Below, one piece after another: positions 25,680 through 36,647 of a stretch of DNA of 64,000 nt. The notes beneath the pieces are model-generated. The model searched no databases, was not told the DNA's origin, and saw only the letters and a list, made by a program, of their open reading frames with translations. This stretch comes from Phoronis australis (taxonomy: Eukaryota > Animalia > Phoronida), in assembly GCA_002633005.1 (NCBI GenBank), contig NMRA01000011.1, positions 713,931 to 777,930 of the forward strand, written 5' to 3'. The position numbers were made by a program, and so were the translations under genes. Position 1 is the stretch's first letter. The number at the start of each line of letters is the position of its first letter.

Positions 25680-27620
25680 ATGCCCGTTTATTGTGTAGCA
25701 TTTAACTGCAAAAATGCCAGGACAGAAGAGTCTAAGCAACGAAATATCACATTTCATAGGTAATAGTGCCATGGTGCTTGTTATTGTTAGTGTTTGGTGT
25801 GCGCCACTGTGAATGAATGTTCACAAAATTGATTTATAATGATGAACGATCTCAAGTTGCACTGGGCAGAAGTTGTGTATGCGGACCCTGAGACTGTCAG
25901 ATGTTCTTTGAATTCGTTCTAAAATCACATTTCACAAGTAATTATGTCATCGTTAATGTTATGAAGACATAGCCAACTTAGCAAACCTCGGCGTGGGTCT
26001 GTTTGACTTAATATTTCCTAGCATGGATCCTGGTGACCTGGTGGGTGTGTAAAGCAGGGACTCCTAACCCCCTCGTCTGGCCTTATCACTCATTTGTTAT
26101 GTCTTTTGTGTCTTTTCTATTTTTTCATATTTCTTGTGGTAGGTTTCCCAAGGATGAATCACTTCGAAAACAGTGGGCTCGCGCTGAACGGAGAAGCAAA
26201 CCTGATGGCAGCGTGTGGGAACCAAGCTTGTACAGATTTTTGTGCTCCCAACACTTTTGTGATTCTGACTTTGATCGCACTGGGTGTACTGTTAGAATTC
26301 GACCTAATGCTGTACCTAAAGTCTTTTGATTTTCCTGCACATCTACAGGTAAGTAGTGTAAGACTATGTGTTCGAATTTTGCTACAATATGTCATCTGTC
26401 GCTCTTACATTATATTTTATATTGGTGCTGTTGCTTTCACTTAGTTTAAATCACATATTCCCATGAAGGGTCATTTGCCATAGTCATATGGCGAGACTGC
26501 TCATAACCTACAGGGGAGGATCCAGGATTTTGAGTTGGGGGGCAGGGCAGATTGTTAGCTAGGATATTGCCCCTTAAACATTTGCACCCCCGAACTGCCA
26601 CATGGAATCTGGGAAAATTTTAGGGGGGCCGTGACCCCCTTGGCCCCCCTCTAAATCCGCCACTGACCTAGGTCCTGTCTTGAATATTGCAGAACAAGGA
26701 GTCACTTCCTAGATTGACCAGAAATAGTCAACAATCATCCTCTGACATCTCAGCTTACACTGGCCCTGCTACAGATAGTGATGACAGCACTGTACTTGTG
26801 TCACAGCTACGTATGACCTATAGTTCTTTTCTAGAAGCTGTTTAATTGCTTATGAACAGACCACATTATCAAAGCCAATAGTTACTGAAGTGCTGAGGTA
26901 AGACCATCAACTAAGAAAGTGTAGCAGCTTAGTTTTTATCTCCAACTAAGCGAATCAATACACACACACGCACTCGCCTTGGTGGAAAAATTGGTATTAG
27001 TGTGTTATGTCCAACTGTTTGATTTTCGTCCAAAGAGGTATTGTAAACAACAGTACATTGTGGTTGACTTGTCACCCTCTCTTTTAGGATCATGCCTACC
27101 AGCTGCCTACTGCTATAGAACTGAAGAGACGTCTTGACTTAGCCTATGAGAGCCGAGAAATGCTTCAGCACGACGTCAGGAATGTAAGGGCTCGAGAGAA
27201 ACGAGCTAAACACAACCTGGAGGCTTTGTTGAATAATCTGAAGGAGCAAAGGCTTGTTAATGATGAACTGGTTGCCAAACTTGACATCATTCTCAGGTTA
27301 GCATTGCTTTTCAGGATATTACAATTCAATGACAAGTTATCTCATATCTTCAACATATGTTACCAGAACGTATCTTTGTTGTCAAAGAGCCGTTTACCAG
27401 ATGTTTAAGTCATATTAACCACTTGACCTCTAAAAGTCTTTGTCATTACAATTTTCTTCATTGTAGACATTCCGGTTGACTTGTTCAGCAGGCCAGTCCA
27501 GATGTATTCTGATGAACAACGAGACTTTGCCTTGACACTCTATTTCTATAGCCCTAAGGCATACGAATATTTAAGAAATGAAACAAACATAATTTCTATC
27601 CTTGCATATGCTACTTCGGC
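25680..27620 (+). pseudogene. THAP9/P-element transposase N-terminal half
   Basis: Exon 1 MPVYCVAFNCKN...ITFH (25680-25759); exon 2 RFPKD...W...LCSQHF...RPNAVP (26143-26348, with a frameshift); coiled-coil exon DHAY... (~27089-27296); YSDEQRDFALTLYFYSPKAYEYLR. Catalytic domain missing. Confidence 0.88.
26511..26665. mobile_element. MITE with 5-bp TSD
   Basis: CAGGGGAGGATCCAG...CTAAATCCGCCACTG flanked by ACCTA/ACCTA. Related partial copy at ~21903-22033. Confidence 0.65.
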
Positions 27621-27643
27621 GGCAGCAGTGTTTCAGGGAAATT

Positions 27644-27972
27644 CATTGGCGGATTTAGGGCGGTGCGCCCGGGCCGCGCTCCTCCCCGCCCTTGTCTGCC
27701 GAAAAAATAGAACATCAAGAGCGTCAGGAAATATTGAGTTTGTAAAGTAACCCCACTAATTAACATGCGGTTAAAACAAGATTTAACAATGTGTGCAGTT
27801 TTAGTTTATGTGCGTGTTCTAGTGTCAAATCACCGGCGCAATCGGTTTCCCATCTTTTTTTCGGAGCTCCCCAATTTTAGGCTGGGTGCGCCCACGCAAT
27901 TGTGCTTTGTGCGATTCCCGCGGAGACAAAATGTTGGGCCCGCCCCCTTATGATATCCTAGATGCGCCTCTG
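27644..27972. mobile_element. MITE with 5-bp TSD
   Basis: CATTGGCGGATTTAGG...CCTAGATGCGCCTCTG flanked by AAATT/AAATT. Confidence 0.65.
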
Positions 27973-28982
27973 AAATTTCAGTTCAATTATTTTCAAAGTT
28001 GAGGGGAAGTTCATAAAATTTCCCGATGTATTAAATAGGATCTCTTCAGGCTAAAGCTGACAAAAATTAACAGCATGTATACTTAGGGAATGCAATGGTC
28101 GATGGGAGTGTCTCCCCCAGCTGATCGTCCTATCCGGCTTGTAAACAACTAATAATCAAGTTCTGTACATTTATAAGGTTAGTTCAAACAAAATGTGTTA
28201 ATGGCTAGATTCTCATGTGGCTATTAAAGGCATCGAGGTATTTTTAAACTATTATAAAGTATATGCGTGGCAATTCGTAAACTGGCAAGAGATCCCAGGG
28301 CATTACGGCAGCTATTCACGGTCAAATAATTGGGAAATTATTTTTTTCTCGGACTTATAATGACCGTTTAAGCAACGCAAGGGTCACGTATTTACGTTGC
28401 TTTATGTTACCAACACTGTAAAACCTCGTTAGTATTCAAAATTTCAAATTTTATTCTGAAAATTGCCCGGCTTCCATAAGGCCACCGTGCTTTTGTTTAC
28501 AAATCGTCCATCATCAATATGGCGGACTGCGTGTCACGCGCTGTCTGGCTTGCGATTATAGTCGTGTCATCTCTATGTATATAGATCATGGATTTTCACT
28601 CGGTGCACGCCAAGAGATTCTTTTAACCAGGCCGAAGGTCAGAAGTTGCGGTCCTACCGGCGAACTTTGAAAGCTGAAGTTCCCACCCTTTACGTACGTG
28701 CTGCCGGTAACCAGCCGAGCATTTGTCGTGTTGTTAAACATTAAAATGTCAAATATGTGCACAAAGACTATTAAATGTCATATCAACAGCATGTATTTTT
28801 ATCAAATACAAACAATAATTCATTGAAATACAATCAGTTTCAAGTAACGCAAATTAAATACAAGTATAAGTGGTGGCATTTTGGAAACGAACATTTGACT
28901 GACAAGACCGCAATGGCTCACCTTTGGCCTATTTAAAGATTGAGGTCATGAAGTCACATCACCTAGCGAGCGCGGTAAAAAT

Positions 28983-31900
28983 GGGGCTATTCGGAGAATT
29001 CTCCTCGCGGTGTCGCTGCTGTACTAGTGGTGATTGAATTGCGCATGCGTGGCTGTCTGCATATAAACAACTGGTAAAAAATGGAATTTTTATCAAAATA
29101 CGTCGTCGCGCTAAGCCTTATTACTGCTAATTTCCCTGGTGCAAGTCTTCGATAGATGGCCACAAATTCCCAAAAGACCTAAGGTTACTATATTCGTGGA
29201 CAACTGCGGTCAACAGGGTCAACTAACTGACAAAAAGTGTGTGGATGCTGAAGCCCCGTGTGTGCTCTATGACTATGCAGTTCCATACGGAGACTACACA
29301 ACATTACTTGGTAAGTTGTTAGCAATCAGTTTCTATCAACATCGTTCGGTGATGTTATCCCCACCTGTTACCCCACTGAATAACGGGTTTATTGAGTGGA
29401 ACTAAGTGTTTCTTTTTGGAAACTCACCCGATGCCGGGTAGGCTAGCAGCACATATTCATATTGTCCTGGGTGGGAGTGCTCCCAAAATAAGAGGTGTAT
29501 GGTACGTGATGCACAGAAGTCAAGAGTGACTTTTTCACAGCAGTTTCTCTTCAAAACTATGCTGTTTCCAATAAAATTCTCTAGATGAGTGAGTTTCCTT
29601 ATTTTATCGTGGACCCCACCCCCAGGACCACCAGCTCAGTTATCAATTAACATGAATAAGCCTTAATTCAGTAAATGTCGCAACATTGCATTGGAAAAAA
29701 ATTGACACCTAGAATGAATTTTACTTGTTGAGATCAGAAGCACATTTTAAGTGTCATGAAAAATACACATTGTTAAATCACTTTTAGCCTGTTTCACATA
29801 TTTTAATTCAGATATTAAATAAGACTTGGGTACAAAGGTTATTAGTTTCTACACATAAACATGAAGATGAAATGTCAAGTATGTTCTGCCTTACGAAAGT
29901 AGTTTTGTCTTGTCTTTTCTTTTACAATTTGCTAATATTTTTATTCTGTTACAGGTGAGAAAAAACAACTGAAACCAACCTCCTGACCATCTATTTCACT
30001 GTTGGACAAAGTGAAAAGCAATCCTTCAGCAATAACCTGAAAGAATTGAACGTAATTCAGAAATTCAGCACCTGATATGCCTGATTATGGACACCCTCGC
30101 AATGTTGTTTCTTTCTGTGCTTTTTCAGTTTACCATTTGTTTTTAAATACACTGATAACTGTCTATTCTCGAATCTTGTGCATAGCAGATTCTTATCCAG
30201 CTAGCTACAATTGAAAACATACAATAAGACAATCGATGCAGTCTGAATGTCATTTCCCCATAATCTGTACCAAATTGAAAAGTTTTTACCAATAGTATAA
30301 AGCTTTCTGCTAAAAGGAAAATTTAATGTCACTCAGCTTTTAGCTATCATTTCACTGGGTTCTAATTTCAATGGCCTATAGAAGCGCACTTGTAAAAAAG
30401 TTCTAGTTTCAACACGTGGCTTTCTTTCATGTAACCTCATTCAGCCTCAATAACATCCACAATTAGACCCTTGAAGGTAAACACAGCAGCATATCACTTG
30501 AATCGCTTTGAGCCCAAAATCAGACACTGAACTAGACCAGAGTGTGACTAGGTCTTCTTTAGCTTCAGTCCCTCATGTTTCTTCCAGGAAAGGAAATAAG
30601 CTATTGTCCACACATGACTCATTGCCTATGAAAGGGCATCCTCACCAACAAGGCTTATTTGTGTAGCAGTCAGATATAGTTCGTCTGGATACACAGACAG
30701 TCCACTGGCACATTGTCTTATGGTAACTTAGTACTGCGATTCACATTTCTCCAGGGCCACTGACTTGCACATTGTGCCATGCAGCACTGCTGGTGTGTGG
30801 AAGTGCTGTGGGAAGAGAACGGAGTAACAAAGCTTGTCTATGATACAGCTTGAAGTGGCCTTAAAATGTCACTGAACCTGGAACAAATATTGAAATATGA
30901 ATAATTAAGTACTCCAGATTGGATCAAAAATGTTATCCCTGTTTTTCAAAAATATATGGTGATTGGTCTACAGTTTCACATAAAAGTAAATAATTACCAT
31001 TTTCAGAAACCAAGGGTGTATATAATGAGTATTGCATAAAACTGTGTCTTTATTTTTTATCCCTAGCCAAAACAATTCTTAAAACGCATCACTTGTCTGT
31101 AAAATATACAAGTTTTTTGAGACAACTTCAAACCTTTGTTACCCATTTTCAAGCCTTTTTAATTTCGATACTTTCAGCAATTTTAAACTCAGATTACAGG
31201 TTCATGGGTCTGTCAAGCATACTTCTATCCTAAGGTTGAGGGAACCGTTTTTCTTCTAATAGAAGATATGAAGACTTGCGGGTCATTTAAAAATGATGGA
31301 TAATCTTTCTGTAGTTTAAGAGTAATTACAAATCGTAAGGCACCATCAAAAATGCAATTTTCACAAAAATGGCAGTCATTTGAATTTATAACGACTTGCA
31401 ACATTTCAAGGCATGAGTTAAGACTGTTCAGTCACTGTGCATTCGGAAAATGTAATATATTTTCGTGGTTTTACAATTGATACAAGTAGCAAAACAGTTT
31501 CATGAAATCAACTTGAAGGGACTTCGTGAAGGCTAAGAATTACCTCACCATGCTCTTTTCCCCAAACATGTATTACCTGTTATTTGTTTCCACACATTCA
31601 GTTGTACCAAATATTACAACCCCCATGCCAATCCCCCCTCGGGACCTGAATAAGTAATTTAACAAAATGACTTTAAAAATAGCTGTTCCTTTTCAAAGGC
31701 TTTGTTCGTTGTCTCCAATATTGAAAGTAGGCTTTGACAACAGATCTGCACTGGATGGGAAGATCTTGTTGGTTAGCTGCAGTCAAATGCTAAAAACCAA
31801 TTTTTGTCCATTCAGGGACGGTGCAGAAGCGATGCATATCTCCTCTGCACGGTACAAGCCTTCAAACCTAAAAACCAAAGGTTACGTGAAAACTGACGTG

Positions 31901-32491
31901 ATAGATTTCCATTTCAACGTGTAATAGATTTCCAGAAGACATATGATAGGGAGTAAACAAATAGTCTAATGCAATGGATATTTATCACTCACGTACCCTT
32001 TGCCATTGGGATTGGATTGTAATCTTAACTCATTAACCTGTATCGAGTTGACAGCATAAACATTCAGCATTGATTGATGTAACTGTCACTGATAAACTTT
32101 TAGAAATCATTCCAAACAATAATAATGCTTTGATGTACGAAACGATCCCGATTGCTACGTCAAGTATCACATATCACAACATACAAAGATTAACCAGACT
32201 CTGGCTGGCGACTGACTGCCGCGAAGTCGACATCGGCGAGTGCCTCAGTTAACAGGCATCGGTAGAATAATCATGGAATGATCGTTAAAATAATCACAAA
32301 CCTTACCTTTGTATGAGGTCGTGCTTACTTCCTCTCATAGAAGCACCTTTTTTACGCAATCTCAGATTCAGCTGGCACGGCTGCAAGCCATTTCACCATG
32401 TATTTAAAGGGCTCGCGAAATCGAGGCTGTTAATCTATCACCACTAGTACACGCACGCCCTCTAGTTATTGTAGATTTTCCGAATAGCCCC
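28983..32491 (+). mobile_element. ISL2EU-type DNA transposon, internally deleted
   Basis: TIR GGGGCTATTCGGA with AT TSD; subterminal inverted motif GTACTAGTGGTGAT / ATCACCACTAGTAC. THAP exon (~29113-29310) and exon 2 (~29955) are homologous to the 18479 element. DDE region absent. Confidence 0.85.
30380..32399 (-). pseudogene. YqaJ/lambda-exonuclease-like second ORF of the ISL2EU element, with N-terminal SAP-like motif
   Basis: Minus strand: LRKKGASMRGSKHDLIQ then a GT donor (~32307-32365). Last exon (~30380-30878) reads TPAVLHG, GLSVYPDELYLTAT, CPF, GLKLKK and KLELFY. Heavily decayed; convergent with the THAP ORF. Confidence 0.7.
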
Positions 32492-33137
32492 ATTGGAGCG
32501 TGCGCAGTATAAAAATGGTGAGTTCACGATTTTGGGAACTGAACGAGTGACTGCTCGAACAAAAAGTTCGATAACGGAAGTATTTGTTCGAGTTGGAAGG
32601 AATTAAACACACCGCCAACCTCCTAAGGTGTCCCTTCATATGCAGAAGGTATTTATAATAACGTGACTTTCATGCTTTAGCCAGTGCGAGGCATAATTCG
32701 CCGAAAAGCTTCCGGCGTATGGAGCGCCTATAGGAGCTGCATCGCCTCTGGTTCGGGCCAACAGAGGCGATGGTTATTGCCTAGATGACAGCATACTTAC
32801 GTTTGTGACTGAAGCAGGAGTACAGGATAGAGACGATATGCGCGCACCCCGTGGGCCTACATGAAAACATAAAAGCCAGAAAGGTGTTCGTTTTCCACGG
32901 TAATGATGCAGCATCACCCGTAAATCAACGTCATTTGTACTCTTCTTATAACCCAGAGAGCACACACTCGAGTCAAGTCAGGAAGATCCAGTGCTGCGAA
33001 ATTTATTGCAGCAGACGCAAACATAGTTTGTCACAAGGGGGCGTCACGGTAATCCGGACGTGGACAACAGCGGTGCTTTTCTCAATACTCGCCGTTTCCA
33101 TGCGTGCCGTTAGATGGCCAGTAGCCAGCACCTAGGT

Positions 33138-36016
33138 CTCGCTGGTTCCGTACTGCCTAGCTAGCATGCAGGTAACACGCAATGGCACGCAATTTTGCAT
33201 TGGTTGGTGTATCCTCAGGAGTCATTGGTTAGCTTTACAACACCGTGAAAAAATGGCGATCTGTGAACGATTTTTAGCCTTGTTACGCAAGTGTTGTCGC
33301 AGCAACTATTTCGTTTCTGCAGTGATGTTAACTAGCCGCGTGCTTGAAGCACATACATGTACAATGAATACATAACTGGCCAATTTAACGGTGTGTTATT
33401 CAAACTGAATGAATATAGTACAGTGTCGTAAACTAAAGTCATGCAGTAAGGTGCACTCCGAAAAGGCGTACACAATTTCTAAGATTCACATTTCCTGGAC
33501 ATAAATTTTAAGCACCGATTTGTCTGCCCAACACATACCGAGAACATGCGCTTACAAGGAAGTCAACGAATTTTTAAAGATTTGCGGGAATTTTCACCGC
33601 TCGTCCTTCTGTGCGGCTTTTACCAGGATCAATGAGAGCGCGACGGCCGGAGTCAGGTACTGAGTTGTGATGACCGCATTGCCCGATGCGAGCAAGACCC
33701 AATATGGGCCTATTACGTGTAATTACCCAACCATAAACTGTATTAAACATCTCTGACTGTACATAATGACGAATTTTCAAAATGCATTAACCACTAATTT
33801 TCTTTAACTAAAAACGAACACCACGGCGGTATACAGCTGAAAAAAAATAAACAACAAAGTACGGTTTTCGATTTTTAAAAATCGATGAACTAATAATCCA
33901 AAAACTACAACCATTGATACGATTGAAGATAAACTACCGAGCTTATTGATATACTCGGTGGATATACAAACGCTGATCAGAGTTAGCAATATCACATGGG
34001 TTCACTTTCTTCCAATCTAGTTAACCAGATTTTTGACCAGGAAACAGTTGTACTTAAACAGTACACACCATGGATTTTTGCACATTTTGAATTACCGGTG
34101 GCCACAGACTAAATGTATGACGTAAAATTTAGCTAAACCCATGTTTATTTTGTGTAATTAGCTCAAAATTTTGATTTTTCTTTCAATTTTGCCAATTTTC
34201 ACATTTCCCGCCATGTGACGTCATGGGTTGAACACAAGAGATCAGTGACTAGCATTGAACAATGGCGGAGACCAGGGAATTTGAAAGTGACGACGATTAT
34301 GAGCAAGAATTGAACGAATACTATGAAGAAACGTATGAGAATGGTGGCCAGGATGAGGAAATGGGGTTGCACGAAAGCGAGAACAAGTTTAATGTGCTTC
34401 CGGCTGCGTACTTTTCTACTTTGAGCCTTATGAACTGGATCCTCCCGCGAGAGAAGCGGCCTCGGGCTCGGCGAGTCAACCCAGTCATCCAACAGACGAT
34501 CCTGAATTAAGAGCTGATGTTTCTGAATGATAAATATTGTCCTTTATTGAACCAGGCCTTCATCGTCTCCTGTGACTGGAGTCGAAACACGAGTCCTCAA
34601 AGTGGGCAGAACACAGAGTGGCCCCGGACCGAATCGCTTGGTCCACGATGACGTCCCACACTCTCGTTCGGCGCACGAAGTCATGCCACTTCTGCGCAAC
34701 TTTGGTGTCCTTCGGAACACCGAGACGTTTTCCGCCTGGCTGCTGTTGCTGCAGCCTCCGGAAACACATCTTTTGATCCCTCTACGAACCTTCTCGACGC
34801 TAAATGTACTTTGCATTCTCTTCACTCTATACACTTTGTCTCTGATCCGAACGGTATGGCGAACGACCTGGGTTCAACCCATGACGTTGTACATAATTAT
34901 TTTTTTTTCAATTTTTGCGTGTTTCTTTATGAGCTGTGCACTAAAGGCACTGAAATCAAGTAAGATATAATAATAAAATTTATTTTGAGGTACTAGAGTC
35001 ATGTTGTGTACACTTTAACCTGTGTCCACTTTTAATTTTTTATTAATGACAAAGAGCTAGAATAGTTATATAGTCAGTGCTACCAAAATTGTCCAGAGAT
35101 TCCAGGTCTTCAGTTTGGTTATCACCATATTTGCACTTTTGTATTTATTTTATGATTTGAGTTACATGGCACGAAAAGGCAGCTTCACTTATCATTTGAC
35201 AGGCTTACATTTGTGTGATTGAACTCGAGTTTTCTTATTTTACTAAAGCTTTGCTAGGACTATCTGGTTAGCCTAATACATCTAAAGTAACAAAATTCCG
35301 TTGAAGTTAGGCTTTAATGAAATGTTTAGTGCACCTGTAATGTGGAAAGTTCAGGGATGGGCTCAACTTAACTAATCAAGTTTCGCTGGCGATCAAAATC
35401 TACCACTGTTTTGGTACTTCAAGTTTAAAACTTAGATAGATAAAAAGTTATCAACCTGTTTCCGGTAAAAAAAACGTGGGCAGAAGCATTAAAGATTAAA
35501 TAACGAAAACCAATATGAAACATATCGTTCCTTTGGGAAGTGGACCTTTGTGAAGATAAACACAAGTTAACCTTTTTAGTCATTTTGTAATATTTATAAT
35601 GTATCAAGTTAAAATTACTCTCCAGATTTGCAGGCTGTAACTCTGCAAATATCAGAGGAAACCAAATAGGGGGTTCCAACAACAACCGTTGTTGAGACAA
35701 TAATGCTAGGTATTACCTTTCCACTTCATTAGCTCACACCTAAATCGGTACTAAAGGTGTGTTGTATACGCAACGTAAAAATTGTCTGGGGCTAAGGGAA
35801 TCTGAGCGGTGACCAGTGTAAGCGAGAAATTCTCCACGTGAGACCACCTTTACACCTCAGTCCATCAGCCATGCCAGTTTGTTTGCGTAAAGCGCTGCCC
35901 GTTAGGAATTCGACTAGCCAATCAAAAACGCCGGTGTAAAAAAATTCCAGAGGAAAGTTAAGTGATACCTGCGTGTTGGCTACCGACCACCTAGCGGCAC
36001 GCAGGGAACCAGTGAG
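33138..36016. mobile_element. Second copy of the same family inserted inverted in the outer copy's left end
   Basis: Termini CTCGCTGGTTCC / GGAACCAGTGAG; 10-bp flanks GCACCTAGGT / GCACGCAGGT (8/10). 33138-33420 is the reverse complement of ~36266-36558. Confidence 0.72.
34058..35014. mobile_element. Non-autonomous Kolobok with convergent KolX-like and THAP remnants
   Basis: TTAA TSDs (34054-34057, 35015-35018); TIR ACAGTACACACCATG / AGTGTACACAACATG. Acidic plus-strand ORF from 34262 with a frameshifted YFEP motif. Minus-strand THAP CVSGGCSN...PKD...W...LCSAHFEDSCF (~34575-34780). Confidence 0.75.
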
Positions 36017-36647
36017 GCACGCAGGTATCACTTAATTTTCCTCTGGAATTTTTTTACACCGGCGTTTTTGATTGGCTAGTAGAATTCTCAACAGGCAGCG
36101 CTTCACGCAAACAAACTGGCATGTCTGATGGACTGAAGTGTAAAGGTGGTCTGTTGTACAGACAAATCGGTGTTTATGTTCAGGAAATGTGAATCGTAGA
36201 AATTGTGGCTGTGCCTTTTTGGAGTGCATCTTTCTACTGTCGATGACATTTGTTTACGATACTGGTCTGTATTCATACAGTATGAATAACACACCGCTCA
36301 AATCGGCCAGATGTGTTTATTGTAAATGTATGTGCTTCAAGCACGCAGCTATTAAACATGTCACTTCAGAAACGAAATAGTTGCTGCGACGCCACTTGCA
36401 TGACAAGGCTAAAAATCGTTTAATCGTTACAGTACGCCATTTTTTATCACGGGGTTGTAAAGCTAACCAATGACTGCTGGGGTTACATCAACCAATGCTA
36501 AAGTGCGTGCCACTGCACGATACCTGCGTGCTGGCTAGGCACGTAGGGAACCAGGGAGTTCTCAATAGAACACATACAGTACATGGCAATATTCATCCGA
36601 CTTTCGGCAGAGGTGGACGCAAACTAAGAAAATTAATATTGTCACTA

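Larger units (their letters stand above)
25589..28591 (+). mobile_element. Internally deleted P-element (THAP9-like) transposon
   Basis: Perfect 8-bp TSD ATTTTCAC (25581-25588, 28592-28599). Imperfect TIRs CAATGAGATAAATATAACTAGAG / CCATGATCTATATACATAGAG. Confidence 0.8.
25323..32774. mobile_element. Long-TIR non-autonomous DNA element hosting nested P and ISL2EU insertions
   Basis: 25323-25588 is the reverse complement of ~32510-32774 (~265 bp, diverged). Termini ACCATCGCCTCTG; right flank TA, left flank CA. Confidence 0.8.
33088..36558. mobile_element. Non-autonomous DNA transposon with 9-bp TSD (MULE-like by TSD length), outer copy
   Basis: Perfect TSD TTCTCAATA (33079-33087, 36559-36567). 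Termini CTCGCCGTTTCC / GGAACCAGGGAG. Confidence 0.8.

Noticed and set aside
35842-36151. Structured ncRNA or miRNA gene
   Set aside because: The hairpin is fully explained by an inverted self-nested transposon insertion.
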